A DNA stretch of 37,125 nt from a virus. Taxonomy: Duplodnaviria; Caudoviricetes. The notes beneath the pieces were generated by a model. It did no database searches. It had not been told where the DNA came from and saw only the letters and a list, made by a program, of their open reading frames with translations. The position numbers and the translations under genes are program-made. Shown in pieces: positions 36,928 through 37,125 of the stretch (position 1 is the stretch's first letter; every line of letters starts with the position of its first letter). Location of the stretch: positions 1 to 37,125 of IMG/VR virus record IMGVR_UViG_3300033067_000134. The stretch is one strand, 5' to 3'.

Positions 36928-37125
36928 TTACTTCTTCTTGGTCATGCCGCCAGAGCACATGCCCAGAGGCTTGCTGGCCTTCATGACGATTTGCTTGCCC
37001 TTGGTTTTACCCTTGGCAGCAACGCCGTCTTTGCTTGGAGCAGCAGTCTTGACTTTACCCATTTTGGCAGTAGTGATGCCGTTGTTCTTTGTAGCCATGA
37101 TTCGGCCTCCTTCTTTGAAAAGTTG
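36928..37125 (-). CDS. small basic protein (ATG at 37098; frame stays open to the window edge)
   Basis: QLFKEGGRI-MATKNNGITTAKMGKVKTAAPSKDGVAAKGKTKGKQIVMKASKPLGMCSGGMTKKK*. Confidence 0.65.
   Translation of the reverse strand, partial: QLFKEGGRIMATKNNGITTAKMGKVKTAAPSKDGVAAKGKTKGKQIVMKASKPLGMCSGGMTKKK

Overview
A 37-kb segment of a tailed dsDNA bacteriophage with podovirus-type architecture: P22/T7-like adaptor and nozzle genes, ejected internal proteins and no tape measure. The host is probably a Gram-negative proteobacterium (inference). There are two convergent arms. The + strand (1-10913) carries replication and early genes: the end of a family-A DNA polymerase, an HExxH protein, a PD-(D/E)XK nuclease, an HNH, three tandem paralogues, an SNF2 helicase, a putative SSB, a lipoprotein cassette, an HTH and an AEP-DUF927 primase-helicase. 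The - strand (37125-10852) carries virion and lysis genes: small basic proteins, adaptors, tail fibres, a holin and GH19 endolysin, a nozzle, a GNAT, ejection proteins and a 2037-aa polyvalent protein. Terminase, portal and major capsid genes are not in the window. No integrase, tRNA or CRISPR array was seen. The main leads are (1) a recurring [FYML]-x-x-G-G motif at module boundaries in 7 predicted internal/basic virion proteins, (2) an early paralogue whose N-terminus resembles the major-capsid N-terminus, (3) a loop-E-containing structured RNA flanking a lipoprotein cassette, and (4) an atypical lysis block without recognisable spanins. Family assignments come from motif recognition only; no database search was run.
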